Assembly (NCBI GenBank): GCA_027021445.1
Contig: JALUUH010000130.1
Span: forward strand, 16,872 to 80,871
Direction: 5' to 3'
DNA length: 64,000 nucleotides
Origin: Gammaproteobacteria bacterium
Lineage (GTDB): Bacteria > Pseudomonadota > Gammaproteobacteria > S012-40
This document shows positions 9,514-22,932 of this stretch, piece by piece (the stretch's first letter is position 1; every line of letters begins with the position of its first letter). Made by a program: the position numbers and the translations under genes. The notes under the pieces were generated by a model that was given only the letters and a program-made list of their open reading frames with translations, was not told where the DNA came from and did not search any database.

Positions 9514-12500
9514 ATGCGTTTAAGCAAGATCAAGCTTTCTGGTTTTAAATCCTTTGTAGACCCAACCACTGTATATTTATCAAGCAATCTTGTAGGGGTT
9601 GTTGGACCTAATGGCAGCGGAAAATCCAATATTATAGATGCCGTACGCTGGGTCATGGGGGAAAGCTCGGCTAAACATCTTCGGGGTGGTTCTATGGCGG
9701 ATGTCATTTTTAATGGCTCGTCTTCCCGCAAACCCGTTGGGCAAGCAGCGATTGAATTAGTATTTGATAATTCAGTGGATGGTTTGGGAAGGCAGTTCGC
9801 CAATTACAATGAGATTTCCATAAAACGATTGGTGAGTAGGGATGGTCAATCGAATTATTATTTAAATGGCACAAAATGTCGTCGCCGGGATATCACGGAT
9901 ATCTTTCTTGGGACGGGGCTTGGCCCTAGAAGTTATGCGATCATTGAGCAAGGAATGATTGCGCGGATGATTGAAGCAAAGCCAGAGGACTTGCGTGTCA
10001 CTATTGAGGAAGCCGCAGGAATATCTAAATATAAGGAAAGAAGAAAAGAGACCGAGAATAGAATACGTCATACCCAGGAAAACTTATCACGTATTGCTGA
10101 TTTACGCGAAGAGCTGGGTAAGCAACTCGAAAAATTACAAAGACAATCCAAGACAGCCGAAAGGTATAAAATATTAAAAGCTGAAGAGCGAGCAATACAA
10201 GGCGAATATCTGGCGCTACAGTGGCAAGAATTTGATGCAATGGTGAAAGAAAAATCATCGATTTTAACGCGACTAGAAACCCAGCTGGAATCTGAAATTG
10301 CAACCCAACGTTCATTAGAAGCGGGTATCGAGAGGCAACGGGAAGCGCATATTGAATCGAGTGATGTTCTGAGTGAAATACAGGCGCAGTTCTATCAAGT
10401 TGGTGCTGAAATTTCGAGTAATGAGCAATTGCGGCAACACCATAAAGAACGCCAAAAACAAATAGCTGATGATCTACAGCAAATAACTATTGCATGGGAT
10501 GATGCACACAAATTATTTGACACAGATCAGCATCGATTGAGCGACTTAATACATAAGACAGCCGAGTTAGAGCCGCAATATGCATCCGCCAAGGAAAATT
10601 TCGAATTATCGAAAGAAACCCAAGAAGCGGCAGATGATGCCTTACAAAAATGGCAAACAGAATGGGATGAATTTAATACATCGGCTAATCAACCTGCCCA
10701 GGTGGCAGAAGTTGAACGCACAAAAATCACTCATTTAGAAGAGCAAAATCATCAGCTAGAAAAGCGTTTTATACGTTTGAAAAGTGAAGTGGAAACGATC
10801 GCGACCGGAAACTTGGAAAATGAGTTAGAGGCTTTGGCTGCGCAGATTACACAGCGACAAAGTGAGATTGATACGCAATTGGGTGCTTTACAAGAAAATC
10901 AAACTAGTATTGCTGAGCAACGACAGCAAAATCAAGCAAGCTCTGAATCTCTTGCCAAAATACAGAGTGAATTGCAACGAGCAAATGGACGCATGGCTTC
11001 TCTAGAAGCTTTACAAGAAGATACTTTTGGAAAAAGGGATGAAAAACTAGGTCATTGGTTGGAGCAACAGAATTTATCAGATGCAACGCGCCTAGCTGAA
11101 GTATTAGCAGTCGATGAAGGTTGGGAAAAAGCACTTGAAACGGTTCTCGGTAATCATTTGCAAGCCCTATGTGTGAGCGATATTGCGGACATTTCTGCTG
11201 CGCTTGAAAGCTTCTCAGAGGCGGCAATAAGTTTTGTTGAGGAGAATAAGGAATCAGGCTCGCAAAAAAACGCTCATCATTCTTTGCTTATTCACAAGGT
11301 CAATAATAGTTTTTCAGCAATAGACGATTTACTGGTGAATATTCATTGCGCCGAAAACTTAAATCAAGCCTTAGACTTACGGCAAAGCTTAAGTACTGGT
11401 CATTCGGTCGTTACTAAAGACGGTGTTTGGTTGGGTCGCAATTGGTTGACGATGAATCCGGGCCTAGGTAATGAAGCCGGTGTGCTAAGCCGTGAAAAAG
11501 AATTAAAAAGCTTATCTGAGGCAGTTCAACAGCAAATTATTCAACAGGAAATGCTAGAAGAACAATATAAACATGGAAAATGTGTGCTTCAGGAAATGGA
11601 AGCTCAACGTGATCTCATTCAAGATACCATCTCGCAATTAGAGAGAGGCTTAGGTGAGTCTAAGTCACAGCGTAGTGGCAAGCACGCGCGCTTAGACCAC
11701 CTAAACACGCGTAAATCCACAATTACCGAAGAGCAGCAGGAAATTCAGGAACAAATTTCCGGCCACAGAACGACAGTGCAGGCTGCACGAAGCAAACTAG
11801 AACTTGCATTAGAGCAAATGGAAGCATTGACGCTAAGACGTGAAGAATTAACGGCATTACGCGATGAATTAAAGTCTTCATCGCTTAATGCGAGGGATAG
11901 AGCTAACTCAGATCGACAGACTGTGCAAAATTTGCAAATAGAGCTTCAAGCGACGAAGACAGCGCTGGAAGGAACACAGCAGAATATTAAAAGAATTCAA
12001 CAGCAACTTGATTCTTTGCGCGTGAGAAAACAAAGCCTTGAAGAGCAAAGCCAGCAGGATGGTAACCCTCTCACCTTACTTGATGAAGAATTAGAAAAAT
12101 TTCTCGCCCAAAAACTGGAAATTGAATTACGTTTGCAGGATGCGCGTGCAAAAGTAGAAGCTATTGATGCGGAAATGCGCGAATTAAGTGAACGTAAGAT
12201 ACAAACTGAGCACCGCGTGCAACAGACCAGGGAAGTGCTGGGGCAGTGCAAGTTAGACGCTCAGACTCACAAAGTTAAGCAACAAGGTATTCAAGAGCGT
12301 ATTATCGAAAGTGATTATGATTTAAACGCTATATTTGAGAGTATGCCTGTAGATGCTACACTAGAGGCATGGCAGGAAAAAATTCGTGATCTTGAGTCTA
12401 CAATAAGCAGGCTGGGGGCGATTAATTTAGCGGCTATTGATGAATATGCCGAGCAAAAAGAACGATTGACCTATCTTGAAGATCAGACTAAGGATTTGCT

Positions 12501-13026
12501 TGATGCCTTAGAAATTTTAGATAATGCCATTCGAAAAATTGACAGAGAAACTCGTGCGAAGTTTAAAGATACCTTTGATTTTGTTAATAATGGATTAAAA
12601 CGCATGTTTCCAAAATTGTTCGGTGGTGGGCAAGCGTATCTAGAATTGACCGGAGAAGACCTTTTGGATACAGGGGTAAGCATTTTAGCGCGACCTCCTG
12701 GCAAACGAATTACCAATATTCATCTTTTATCCGGTGGAGAAAAGGCATTAACAGCTGTTGCATTAGTATTTGCAATTTTTGAGCTTAATCCTGCTCCTTT
12801 TTGTATGTTAGATGAGGTTGATGCGCCGTTGGATGAAGCGAATGTAGGTCGTTTTTGTGAGTTATTAAAAACGATGTCTGACAAGGTGCAATTTATTTTC
12901 ATTACTCATAATAAGGCTACTATGGAGATTGCAGAACATCTAAATGGCGTTACGATGCATGAGCCGGGGGTTTCAAGAATGGTTACCGTTGATGTAGAAG
13001 AAGCAAGCCAATTGGTTGCAGTATAA
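9514..13026 (+). CDS. smc: chromosome partition protein Smc
   Basis: 1170 aa. Walker A GPNGSGKSN, long coiled coils, hinge, signature LSGGEKALTAVAL, Walker B FCMLDEVDAPLD. Confidence 0.97.
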   Translation: MRLSKIKLSGFKSFVDPTTVYLSSNLVGVVGPNGSGKSNIIDAVRWVMGESSAKHLRGGSMADVIFNGSSSRKPVGQAAIELVFDNSVDGLGRQFANYNEISIKRLVSRDGQSNYYLNGTKCRRRDITDIFLGTGLGPRSYAIIEQGMIARMIEAKPEDLRVTIEEAAGISKYKERRKETENRIRHTQENLSRIADLREELGKQLEKLQRQSKTAERYKILKAEERAIQGEYLALQWQEFDAMVKEKSSILTRLETQLESEIATQRSLEAGIERQREAHIESSDVLSEIQAQFYQVGAEISSNEQLRQHHKERQKQIADDLQQITIAWDDAHKLFDTDQHRLSDLIHKTAELEPQYASAKENFELSKETQEAADDALQKWQTEWDEFNTSANQPAQVAEVERTKITHLEEQNHQLEKRFIRLKSEVETIATGNLENELEALAAQITQRQSEIDTQLGALQENQTSIAEQRQQNQASSESLAKIQSELQRANGRMASLEALQEDTFGKRDEKLGHWLEQQNLSDATRLAEVLAVDEGWEKALETVLGNHLQALCVSDIADISAALESFSEAAISFVEENKESGSQKNAHHSLLIHKVNNSFSAIDDLLVNIHCAENLNQALDLRQSLSTGHSVVTKDGVWLGRNWLTMNPGLGNEAGVLSREKELKSLSEAVQQQIIQQEMLEEQYKHGKCVLQEMEAQRDLIQDTISQLERGLGESKSQRSGKHARLDHLNTRKSTITEEQQEIQEQISGHRTTVQAARSKLELALEQMEALTLRREELTALRDELKSSSLNARDRANSDRQTVQNLQIELQATKTALEGTQQNIKRIQQQLDSLRVRKQSLEEQSQQDGNPLTLLDEELEKFLAQKLEIELRLQDARAKVEAIDAEMRELSERKIQTEHRVQQTREVLGQCKLDAQTHKVKQQGIQERIIESDYDLNAIFESMPVDATLEAWQEKIRDLESTISRLGAINLAAIDEYAEQKERLTYLEDQTKDLLDALEILDNAIRKIDRETRAKFKDTFDFVNNGLKRMFPKLFGGGQAYLELTGEDLLDTGVSILARPPGKRITNIHLLSGGEKALTAVALVFAIFELNPAPFCMLDEVDAPLDEANVGRFCELLKTMSDKVQFIFITHNKATMEIAEHLNGVTMHEPGVSRMVTVDVEEASQLVAV

Positions 13027-13027
13027 T

Positions 13028-15900
<2,873 letters not shown>

Positions 15901-15918
15901 TCAGGTTGGTGATTAGGG

Positions 15919-15957
15919 GGAGTGTTCTCAATCATTATGGCATGCTTGAGAACACCC
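15919..15957. repeat. long hairpin, TGTTCTC-containing (REP-like / terminator)
   Basis: GTGTTCTCAA (15922-15931) pairs perfectly with TTGAGAACAC (15946-15955), plus flanking GG/CC. 14-nt loop. Lies between convergent ligA and the PPIase gene. Confidence 0.7.
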
Positions 15958-15963
15958 GCTTAA

Positions 15964-15992
15964 CTAGGAGGCTGTTCTCGACAGCCTCCTAG
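15964..15992. repeat. REP-like palindrome, best copy (CTAGGAGGCTG-TTCTCGA-CAGCCTCCTAG)
   Basis: Perfect 11-bp arms with a 7-nt loop. Same family as 49331-49359 and 54637-54665. Confidence 0.8.
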
Positions 15993-16018
15993 GAAATTTG
16001 TTGCGTCGTGCCCATTCC

Positions 16019-16819
16019 TTATTTGAATTCAATACTCGCCTTGTCTCGAAGCTTTTCGAGATAGTCGTTGATGATTTTATTTTGTACTATTTTGACCAGC
16101 TGTTCTTTGACACTTTCAAAAGGTGGTGGATCTACTTTGCGTTTGTCTTCAAGATAAATGACATGCCAGCCAAAACGTGTGTTTATTGGCCGTTGAGTGT
16201 ATTTTTTTATGGCTAATTTTTTAACCGCATCAGCGAATGGTTTAACCATCTGATTTCCGGAAAACCAACCGAGATCTCCTCCTGCAGACGCGGAAGGTCC
16301 TGTAGATTTTGTTTTGGCTAGCTCCTCAAATGAAGCGCCTCCATTGAGTTCCTTAATAATGGCTTTTGCTGTTTTTTCATCATCCAATAATATGTGCCTA
16401 GCAAGGTATTCAGTCGATGTGGCCGCAACAATTTGAGCGTTGTACGCGGCTTTTAGTTGGCTATCGCTAGGAGGGTTATCCTCCGCAAGTTTATTAATTC
16501 GTGCTCGGGTAATGATGTTTTTTATTTGTTCTTTTATTTCGAGGACAATATTAGGTTGCTTATCGAGGCTCAGTGCGAGTGCATCCTGATAAATCAATTC
16601 ACGATTAACTAATTCGACAATGAGTTCCTGTAATTTTTCTTGTGGGAAGCTTTCACCGGGTGCTACACCAATTCTTTTCTGCCCATAAATAGCAAGATTA
16701 TCGCTGGTGATATGTTCTCCATTAATAACGACTATATCTCGTGCGTGCAATGCAATACTGCTGAAAGTGAGCATAAAAAATAGGCATGCGGTCAAATAAG
16801 TCTGGTAGTGGTTTTTCAT
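16019..16819 (-). CDS. periplasmic parvulin-type peptidyl-prolyl isomerase (SurA/PpiC-like)
   Basis: Signal peptide, chaperone-like N-domain, parvulin domain (ARHILL...GGDLGWF...FGWHVIYLEDKR). Confidence 0.85.
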   Translation of the reverse strand: MKNHYQTYLTACLFFMLTFSSIALHARDIVVINGEHITSDNLAIYGQKRIGVAPGESFPQEKLQELIVELVNRELIYQDALALSLDKQPNIVLEIKEQIKNIITRARINKLAEDNPPSDSQLKAAYNAQIVAATSTEYLARHILLDDEKTAKAIIKELNGGASFEELAKTKSTGPSASAGGDLGWFSGNQMVKPFADAVKKLAIKKYTQRPINTRFGWHVIYLEDKRKVDPPPFESVKEQLVKIVQNKIINDYLEKLRDKASIEFK

Positions 16820-16840
16820 AAATCCTCATTTAAATTTATT

Positions 16841-17110
16841 TTATTCAAAAGGTGTTTTAGCTTTTATACTGAGGGCATGGATTTCATTAATCATATCCTC
16901 TTCTAATACTTTATAAATCATGCGATGCCTTTTTAGAGTGCTTAGGTTTTCAAACGCATGAGAAACAATTGAGACATTGAAATGTCCACCACCGCGTGCA
17001 CTGGTATGGCCTGCGTGTTTATGGCTGTCATCTTCAATAAGCAACGACTCGGGATTAAGTTCCTCGGTGAGTTTATGTTTAATTAATGCAATTCGTTCTT
17101 CATTATTCAT
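16841..17110 (-). CDS. BolA-family protein
   Basis: 89 aa with DDSHKHAGH motif. Start overlaps the yciI stop in a TAATG junction. Confidence 0.85.
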   Translation of the reverse strand: MNNEERIALIKHKLTEELNPESLLIEDDSHKHAGHTSARGGGHFNVSIVSHAFENLSTLKRHRMIYKVLEEDMINEIHALSIKAKTPFE

Positions 17111-17409
17111 TATGGAAATACTTTTTTAAAAGGTTTAACCGATACTGATTCATAGACTCCTGCAATGCGATAAGGATCTTTATCAGCCCAATCTTGTGCT
17201 GCTTCGAGGTTTTTAAATTCCGCGACAATTAAACTCCCTGAAAATCCGTTTGCACCGGGTTCAATATTATCAATCGCAGGATGAGGGCCAGCGAGTACTA
17301 ACCGACCTTTGGCGTGCAGTGTTCGTAAGCGTTCCAGATGCTCGGGTCGTGCTGAAAGTCGTTTTTCTAAACTGTTATCACAGTCATTACAGATGATGGC
17401 GTAAAGCAT
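17110..17409 (-). CDS. yciI: YciI-family protein
   Basis: 99 aa, RPEHLERL...GPHPA...DPY pattern. TAATG overlaps with both neighbours. Confidence 0.85.
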   Translation of the reverse strand: MLYAIICNDCDNSLEKRLSARPEHLERLRTLHAKGRLVLAGPHPAIDNIEPGANGFSGSLIVAEFKNLEAAQDWADKDPYRIAGVYESVSVKPFKKVFP

Positions 17410-17960
17410 TAGCTGTCACCTTCTTTTGCTTGCTCGGGTTTAATATAACGCATGAGGAAAATGCCTTGTAATATTATAAAAGCAAAGGTAAGACCCATCA
17501 TTCCAAATAGTTTAAAATTTACCCAGGTGTCAGTGTCAAAATTATACATGACATAGAGATTGGCCACTCCAGAAGCGATAAAAAATAATACCCACGCATA
17601 ATTGAGTTTTACCCAGATCACTGGGGGAAGTGTTATTACGGCTCCCATCATACGTTGAACGATATTCTTTTTACCAATGAATTGACTGCCTAAAAACACC
17701 GCTGCAAATAACCAATTAACAACCGTTGGTTTCCATTTAATAAAAAGTTCATCTTCGAGAATAAGCGTTGCACCGCCAAACACGACAATAATTGCGAGTG
17801 TGATAAGGTGCATATTTTCGACTTTTTTATTCTTGAACCAAAAATATCCCACTTGTAATACAGAGGCGATAATAGCCACCGCAGTAGCGGTATAGATGCC
17901 GTATATTTTATAGGCAATAAAAAAAAGCAATATAGGAAAAAAATCGACTAAAACTTTCAT
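17409..17960 (-). CDS. yciB: intracellular septation protein A
   Basis: Collinear with E. coli YciB ([18 protein letters not shown]..., [17 protein letters not shown]). 5 TM helices. Confidence 0.9.
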   Translation of the reverse strand: MKVLVDFFPILLFFIAYKIYGIYTATAVAIIASVLQVGYFWFKNKKVENMHLITLAIIVVFGGATLILEDELFIKWKPTVVNWLFAAVFLGSQFIGKKNIVQRMMGAVITLPPVIWVKLNYAWVLFFIASGVANLYVMYNFDTDTWVNFKLFGMMGLTFAFIILQGIFLMRYIKPEQAKEGDS

Positions 17961-18064
17961 GAATATAAATCCAAAATTAGGGAGTGCTATTAAACCACAA
18001 AAGTGAAATATTGAGTATTTTGCTGAAGAAATCTAAGCTAAATAAATTAACCATAAAATAAGAC

Positions 18065-18093
18065 TTGATAAACAATTTTTTGATGCGTAGTAT
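18065..18093 (+). promoter_or_regulatory. candidate sigma70 promoter of the tRNA-fMet gene
   Basis: TTGATA-N17-TAGTAT followed by the GC-rich discriminator ACGCC, about 15 nt upstream of the tRNA 5' end. Confidence 0.5.
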
Positions 18094-18107
18094 ACGCCTC
18101 TTCCTGG

Positions 18108-18184
<77 letters not shown>

Positions 18185-18426
18185 ATTTAAATTAAGTTAG
18201 AACAATACGTTAGTGAACCCTATCTTTTCGTCTTCAGAAAGTGCAGTTACTCAGAATTCCCTTAGCGCAAAACCTCGAATAAAACTACACCTTTCAATCT
18301 AGAATCCTCAGTTGATCGCTATCCAGCATTGCTATGTTGCTTGTTTATAATGCAATGAGCGCTTTTATTGCACTCACTCAGAGAATGAATGTGTTACGAC
18401 ATGGGTATAGTTTGACAGAGTCCGCT

Positions 18427-18453
18427 TAAGAAAAAGCGTGACCGTTCCGCTAT
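18427..18453 (+). promoter_or_regulatory. weak candidate sigma28 (FliA) promoter upstream of the chemoreceptor gene
   Basis: TAAGAAAA-N11-TCCGCTAT versus consensus TAAAGTTT-N11-GCCGATAA (3/8 and 5/8 matches, correct spacing). Confidence 0.2.
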
Positions 18454-18549
18454 TGTCGAGAGAATAGATGATGCGAATGCCTGATTTTAATGAGGAAATT
18501 TGAAATCATTATAGCTGAATCCTGGATTAACGCTGAGGAAGAATTGAAC

Positions 18550-20376
18550 ATGTCACAAAGCCCAGACGAAAATACCGAGCAATCATTGGAATTGTCGCAA
18601 CTTCACAGTCAAATCGATGCGATTAGCAAATCACAAGCGGTCATCGAATTTAACATGGACGGTACCATTATCACTGCTAATGACAATTTCCTGAATGTCG
18701 TTGGTTATACCCTGGATGAAATCAAGGGCAAACACCATAATATGTTTGCTGAGCCTGAATACGCGAGCAGTGCGCAATACAAGCAATTCTGGGAAAAGCT
18801 GAATCGCGGCGAATACGACGCTGGTGAATACAAACGCATTGGCAAAAATAATAAAGAGGTCTGGATTCAGGCATCTTATAATCCTATGCTGGATTTAAAT
18901 GGCAAGCCCTTTAAGGTTATCAAATATGCCAGCGATGTGAGCATTCAAAAACAACAGAGTGCCGATTTTCAAGGGCAAATCGATGCGATTAGCAAATCAC
19001 AAGCGGTCATCGAATTTAACATGGACGGTACCATTATTACCGCTAATGACAATTTTCTGAGTGTCGTTGGTTATACCCTGGATGAAATCAAGGGCAAACA
19101 CCATAATATGTTTGCTGAGCCTGAATACGCGAGCAGTGCGCAATACAAGCAATTCTGGGAAAAGCTGAACCGCGGAGAATACGACGCTGGCGAATACAAA
19201 CGCATTGGCAAAAATAATAAAGAGGTCTGGATTCATGCATCTTATAATCCTATTCTGGACTTAAATGGTAAACCTTTTAAGGTGGTTAAATATGCCAACG
19301 ATATCACGGCACAAACAGATGCACTTAACCAAGTTCAACAATTGGTTGATGCTGCAATAGACGGAGATTTAAGCAAGAGTATCGATTCTGAACGTTATGA
19401 CGGATTTGTACGTCGCCTTACTGATGGCGTTAATCGGATGTTGCAGGCAGTGGTCATTCCATTGCGTGAAAGTGCGAGAGTTGCGAGTGCGATGTCGGAA
19501 GGTGATCTGAGAGAAAAAATGGAAGGTGATTTCAGCGGTGAATATGCGGTGTTACGCGATGCGATAAATACAACAGTCGACAATTTAAGAAGCATGGTTG
19601 GGCAAATTCAAGGTTCTGCGACTAACATCGTTTCTGGTGCCGCAGAAATTGCGCAAGGCAATACCGACTTGAGCCAACGTACCGAAGAACAAGCTTCTTC
19701 ACTGCAAGAAACTGCCTCCAGTATGGAAGAATTGACCAGTACCGTCAAGCAAAACGCAGATAACGCACAACAAGCAAATCAGCTTGCATCAGGCGCACGT
19801 GAGCAAGCTGAAAAAGGCGGTGAAGTGGTGCAAAACGCGGTTAAGGCAATGAGTGATATTAATACCAGTAGTAAAAAAATTGCAGACATTATTGGTGTGA
19901 TTGACGAAATTGCATTTCAGACAAACTTGCTCGCGTTAAATGCAGCCGTTGAAGCGGCGAGAGCGGGAGAGCAAGGAAGAGGATTTGCCGTGGTTGCCGG
20001 TGAAGTACGCAACCTAGCACAGCGTAGTGCGGGAGCCGCAAAAGAAATCAAGCAATTGATTCAGGACAGTGTAGAAAAAGTGGATGATGGGTCAAAACTA
20101 GTAGACATGTCAGGGCAGACTCTCGAAGAGATCGTTGCAGCCGTAAAAAAAGTAAGCGATATTATAGCCGAAATAGCCGCCGCCAGCCAAGAGCAATCAA
20201 CAGGCATTGAGCAAGTGAATAAAGCGATCACCCAAATGGATGAAGTAACCCAGCAAAATGCGGCATTAGTGGAAGAAGCTGCCGCTGCAAGCGAATCAAT
20301 GGACGAGCAAGCTAAAGGTTTAGAACAACTCATGCAATACTTTAAAACAGATGAACCTGCAACAATGCAACAATAA
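18550..20376 (+). CDS. soluble methyl-accepting chemotaxis protein with two tandem PAS domains, HAMP and MA domains
   Basis: No TM segment. Two PAS units. Signalling domain [27 protein letters not shown]...[42 protein letters not shown] 18550 preferred over track start 18490. Confidence 0.92.
   Translation: MSQSPDENTEQSLELSQLHSQIDAISKSQAVIEFNMDGTIITANDNFLNVVGYTLDEIKGKHHNMFAEPEYASSAQYKQFWEKLNRGEYDAGEYKRIGKNNKEVWIQASYNPMLDLNGKPFKVIKYASDVSIQKQQSADFQGQIDAISKSQAVIEFNMDGTIITANDNFLSVVGYTLDEIKGKHHNMFAEPEYASSAQYKQFWEKLNRGEYDAGEYKRIGKNNKEVWIHASYNPILDLNGKPFKVVKYANDITAQTDALNQVQQLVDAAIDGDLSKSIDSERYDGFVRRLTDGVNRMLQAVVIPLRESARVASAMSEGDLREKMEGDFSGEYAVLRDAINTTVDNLRSMVGQIQGSATNIVSGAAEIAQGNTDLSQRTEEQASSLQETASSMEELTSTVKQNADNAQQANQLASGAREQAEKGGEVVQNAVKAMSDINTSSKKIADIIGVIDEIAFQTNLLALNAAVEAARAGEQGRGFAVVAGEVRNLAQRSAGAAKEIKQLIQDSVEKVDDGSKLVDMSGQTLEEIVAAVKKVSDIIAEIAAASQEQSTGIEQVNKAITQMDEVTQQNAALVEEAAAASESMDEQAKGLEQLMQYFKTDEPATMQQ
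18610..19311 (+). repeat. in-frame tandem duplication, 2 x 366 bp (122 codons), encoding the two PAS domains
   Basis: Unit 1 starts at 18610 and unit 2 at 18976. By eye there are about 19 mismatches over about 336 aligned nt, with perfect blocks of 62 nt and 108 nt. Confidence 0.9.
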
Positions 20377-20499
20377 AACGTAGCGCCGACTCACTGCGAA
20401 CCAGCCTGATACGGATCCATTATATTTGTATTTTCTGTTAAAAGATGTGAAAAAATATTGTAAATGATATATCCGTAGAGATTGAGGTTTACGTGAAAA

Positions 20500-21669
20500 T
20501 TACCCAATTTCCTGCGATGTCTTAATCACATGCGCTGCTTGCGTGGGCAGAAAGTAAGTATAAACCGGCACAGAATGCAGCGGGTTAGTCGCGTCATATT
20601 TTATGTCATATAAAGCATAAAACCTTATTGCATATTCCACCCGCATTTCTGTTCGCGATACGACTTCGAGTAATTTCCCATTTTCAATAATTCTATCCAG
20701 ATTATTTCCGAGTTTTTGCAGTTTTCTAATCAGTTCAACGGGTATTGATTGATTCCTTTCTGGGCGGGTAAATACTTGCAGCAGTAGTCCATCGGTATAT
20801 GCGCCGGTAGGGCTTAGGATTGATATTCCATGTTCGGTTAAGGCCTGTATCACTTCATCCAGTGGGATATCTTCTTTTTGCTGGTTAACGGTTCGTGTAG
20901 CGCGCATTGCGAGATGGTGGGCGGTATATCCATAAATGTGATTCCAATGCTGGATAATTTGATGCTTGTCATCGACATCGGATTGGTCGACAAACACTCT
21001 GAGTGCTTGGCCGTTTTCTAGCATTTTATAAACAGGGTAGGCGTTCCAACCGTCGGGAAACTGATAATGTATTTCTTCATCGACTTGGCTAGCGGTATAG
21101 CCGTGCTCGTTGATTAATAACTGGGATATTTTTTTTGAATCAGCTGTTTGATCACTGGCACAACGTATAGCAAGATGATCAAAATGTACATTCCAGCCCT
21201 TTTGCGCTGCTACTTCTAGTAGGGCAATGTCTGCTTTGCTATTGAGTAAAGACTCCACACTTTTAATCGCGCAATAGGTATCGAGATTTTTAACAAAGTT
21301 GGCGATTAATTGAATTTGATAGCAGGCCAGATCATTGGCTGACTGTAATATGTCATGTTGGAACTCAGTCGCATAGTCGGAAATATTTTCCGTGGCACCC
21401 GCTAAGTCTTCTTCAAATGTGCAACTTTCTTTAGCCGTTTGATAAGCCATGATGAGTTGCGAAGAGTTTTTAACATTAGCGAAAAATGGATAAGCAGTTA
21501 TCGGCGCAGTTTTGGCATTAAACGGCGTTAAGTCTAGACTTGCTATCGCATTTTCACCTTGTTTCGCTTGCACCTTTACTGCTTGATTAGTGGCAAGACT
21601 AAATAGCTTGTTGCGTGCTACGAGGCTTTTTGCCAAATCGGAAGCGAAGTGCTGGCTGGATTCATTCAT
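20500..21669 (-). CDS. DUF1338/HglS-like VOC-fold metalloenzyme (candidate 2-oxoadipate dioxygenase/decarboxylase)
   Basis: FDHLAIRC (H-x3-R), YTAHHLAMRA and LLEVVSR resemble the His/His/Glu plus Arg signature of DUF1338. Divergent from lysine-catabolic genes. The N-terminal ~150 aa are not recognised. Confidence 0.5.
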   Translation of the reverse strand: MNESSQHFASDLAKSLVARNKLFSLATNQAVKVQAKQGENAIASLDLTPFNAKTAPITAYPFFANVKNSSQLIMAYQTAKESCTFEEDLAGATENISDYATEFQHDILQSANDLACYQIQLIANFVKNLDTYCAIKSVESLLNSKADIALLEVAAQKGWNVHFDHLAIRCASDQTADSKKISQLLINEHGYTASQVDEEIHYQFPDGWNAYPVYKMLENGQALRVFVDQSDVDDKHQIIQHWNHIYGYTAHHLAMRATRTVNQQKEDIPLDEVIQALTEHGISILSPTGAYTDGLLLQVFTRPERNQSIPVELIRKLQKLGNNLDRIIENGKLLEVVSRTEMRVEYAIRFYALYDIKYDATNPLHSVPVYTYFLPTQAAHVIKTSQEIG

Positions 21670-21828
21670 GTTGTTTCCTCTGCAAGAATAGCGATAGCTG
21701 GCATCTAACTTGAACTATCGATGGGTATGACATCCGTATATGAAATGACTTGCAGGAATCAGGCATAGAAAAGCAGACTATAAATAAGGAATATATTTTA
21801 GTTTGACCCATTCCTTAGGAGTGAAACG

Positions 21829-22932
21829 ATGAAGAGACAAACTGTTTTGGTATTAGGGGCCGGCAAAATTGGATCTTTGATTACCTGTTTATTAGCGGAT
21901 TCAAAAGATTACGAAGTACACCTTGCCAGCCTTTACGTGCAAGAAGCTGATAAAATAGTCAGTGATTTATCCTTAGATAATGTGATGACTGCAGAACTCG
22001 ATGCGCAAGATAAAAGCAGTATGCGCACCTACTTGCAAAAAAATGCATTTAATGGGGTCATATCAGGCCTACCATATTATTGCAATATCATCGTTGCCGA
22101 CTTATGTGCGGAACTTAATCTTAATTATTTTGATTTAACCGAAGACGTTGCAGTGACTCGACATATCTTGGATATAAGCAAAGGTAAAAAAAATATATTT
22201 ATGCCGCAATGCGGCCTTGCACCAGGCTTTATTAGTATTGCGGCGAATCAGTTAATGGGTGACTTTGAAACCATAGATACGGTGAAAATGCGCGTTGGTG
22301 CATTGCCAGTGAATCCGAATAATGTTTTGAAATATTCATTAACCTGGTCTACGGATGGTTTGATTAATGAGTATGGAAATACCTGCTATGGCATTGAGAA
22401 AAAAGAGCTTGTGGCCTTACAGCCATTGGAAGGCTATGAAACTATTTCATTAGATGGGGTGCAGTACGAAGCATTCAATACTTCGGGGGGGCTAGGTACT
22501 TTAGCAGATACCTATGCCGGACGTGTTAACACCATGAACTACAAGACCATGCGTTATCCAGGTCATTGTAAAGAAATTATCTTTTTAATGAAGGACTTAA
22601 AGCTTGATGATGATAGAGACACTTTAAAGCGAATTCTAGAAAACGCGATTCCAAAAACACAGCAAGATGTGGTGTTAATTTATGTTGCGGTAACGGGCAA
22701 AAAGAACGGACATTTATTTGAACAGAATTATTTGAAAAAGGTATACCCACAAACCATAGCCGGTGCACGTTGGTCTTCCATTCAGGTCACAACTGCGGCG
22801 GGTATTTGCAGCGTTATGGATATTGTGCTTAATAATATTGATAAGTACGCTGGCTTTGTAACCCAGGAAAGCATTAGCTTAGATGAAGTACTCAATAATC
22901 GATTTGGCAAATATTATGGAGGTGATCAATGA
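21829..22932 (+). CDS. saccharopine dehydrogenase-family oxidoreductase (candidate L-lysine 6-dehydrogenase or saccharopine dehydrogenase)
   Basis: N-terminal [11 protein letters not shown] Rossmann motif, 367 aa. ATGA overlap with the downstream ALDH7 gene. Confidence 0.7.
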   Translation: MKRQTVLVLGAGKIGSLITCLLADSKDYEVHLASLYVQEADKIVSDLSLDNVMTAELDAQDKSSMRTYLQKNAFNGVISGLPYYCNIIVADLCAELNLNYFDLTEDVAVTRHILDISKGKKNIFMPQCGLAPGFISIAANQLMGDFETIDTVKMRVGALPVNPNNVLKYSLTWSTDGLINEYGNTCYGIEKKELVALQPLEGYETISLDGVQYEAFNTSGGLGTLADTYAGRVNTMNYKTMRYPGHCKEIIFLMKDLKLDDDRDTLKRILENAIPKTQQDVVLIYVAVTGKKNGHLFEQNYLKKVYPQTIAGARWSSIQVTTAAGICSVMDIVLNNIDKYAGFVTQESISLDEVLNNRFGKYYGGDQ

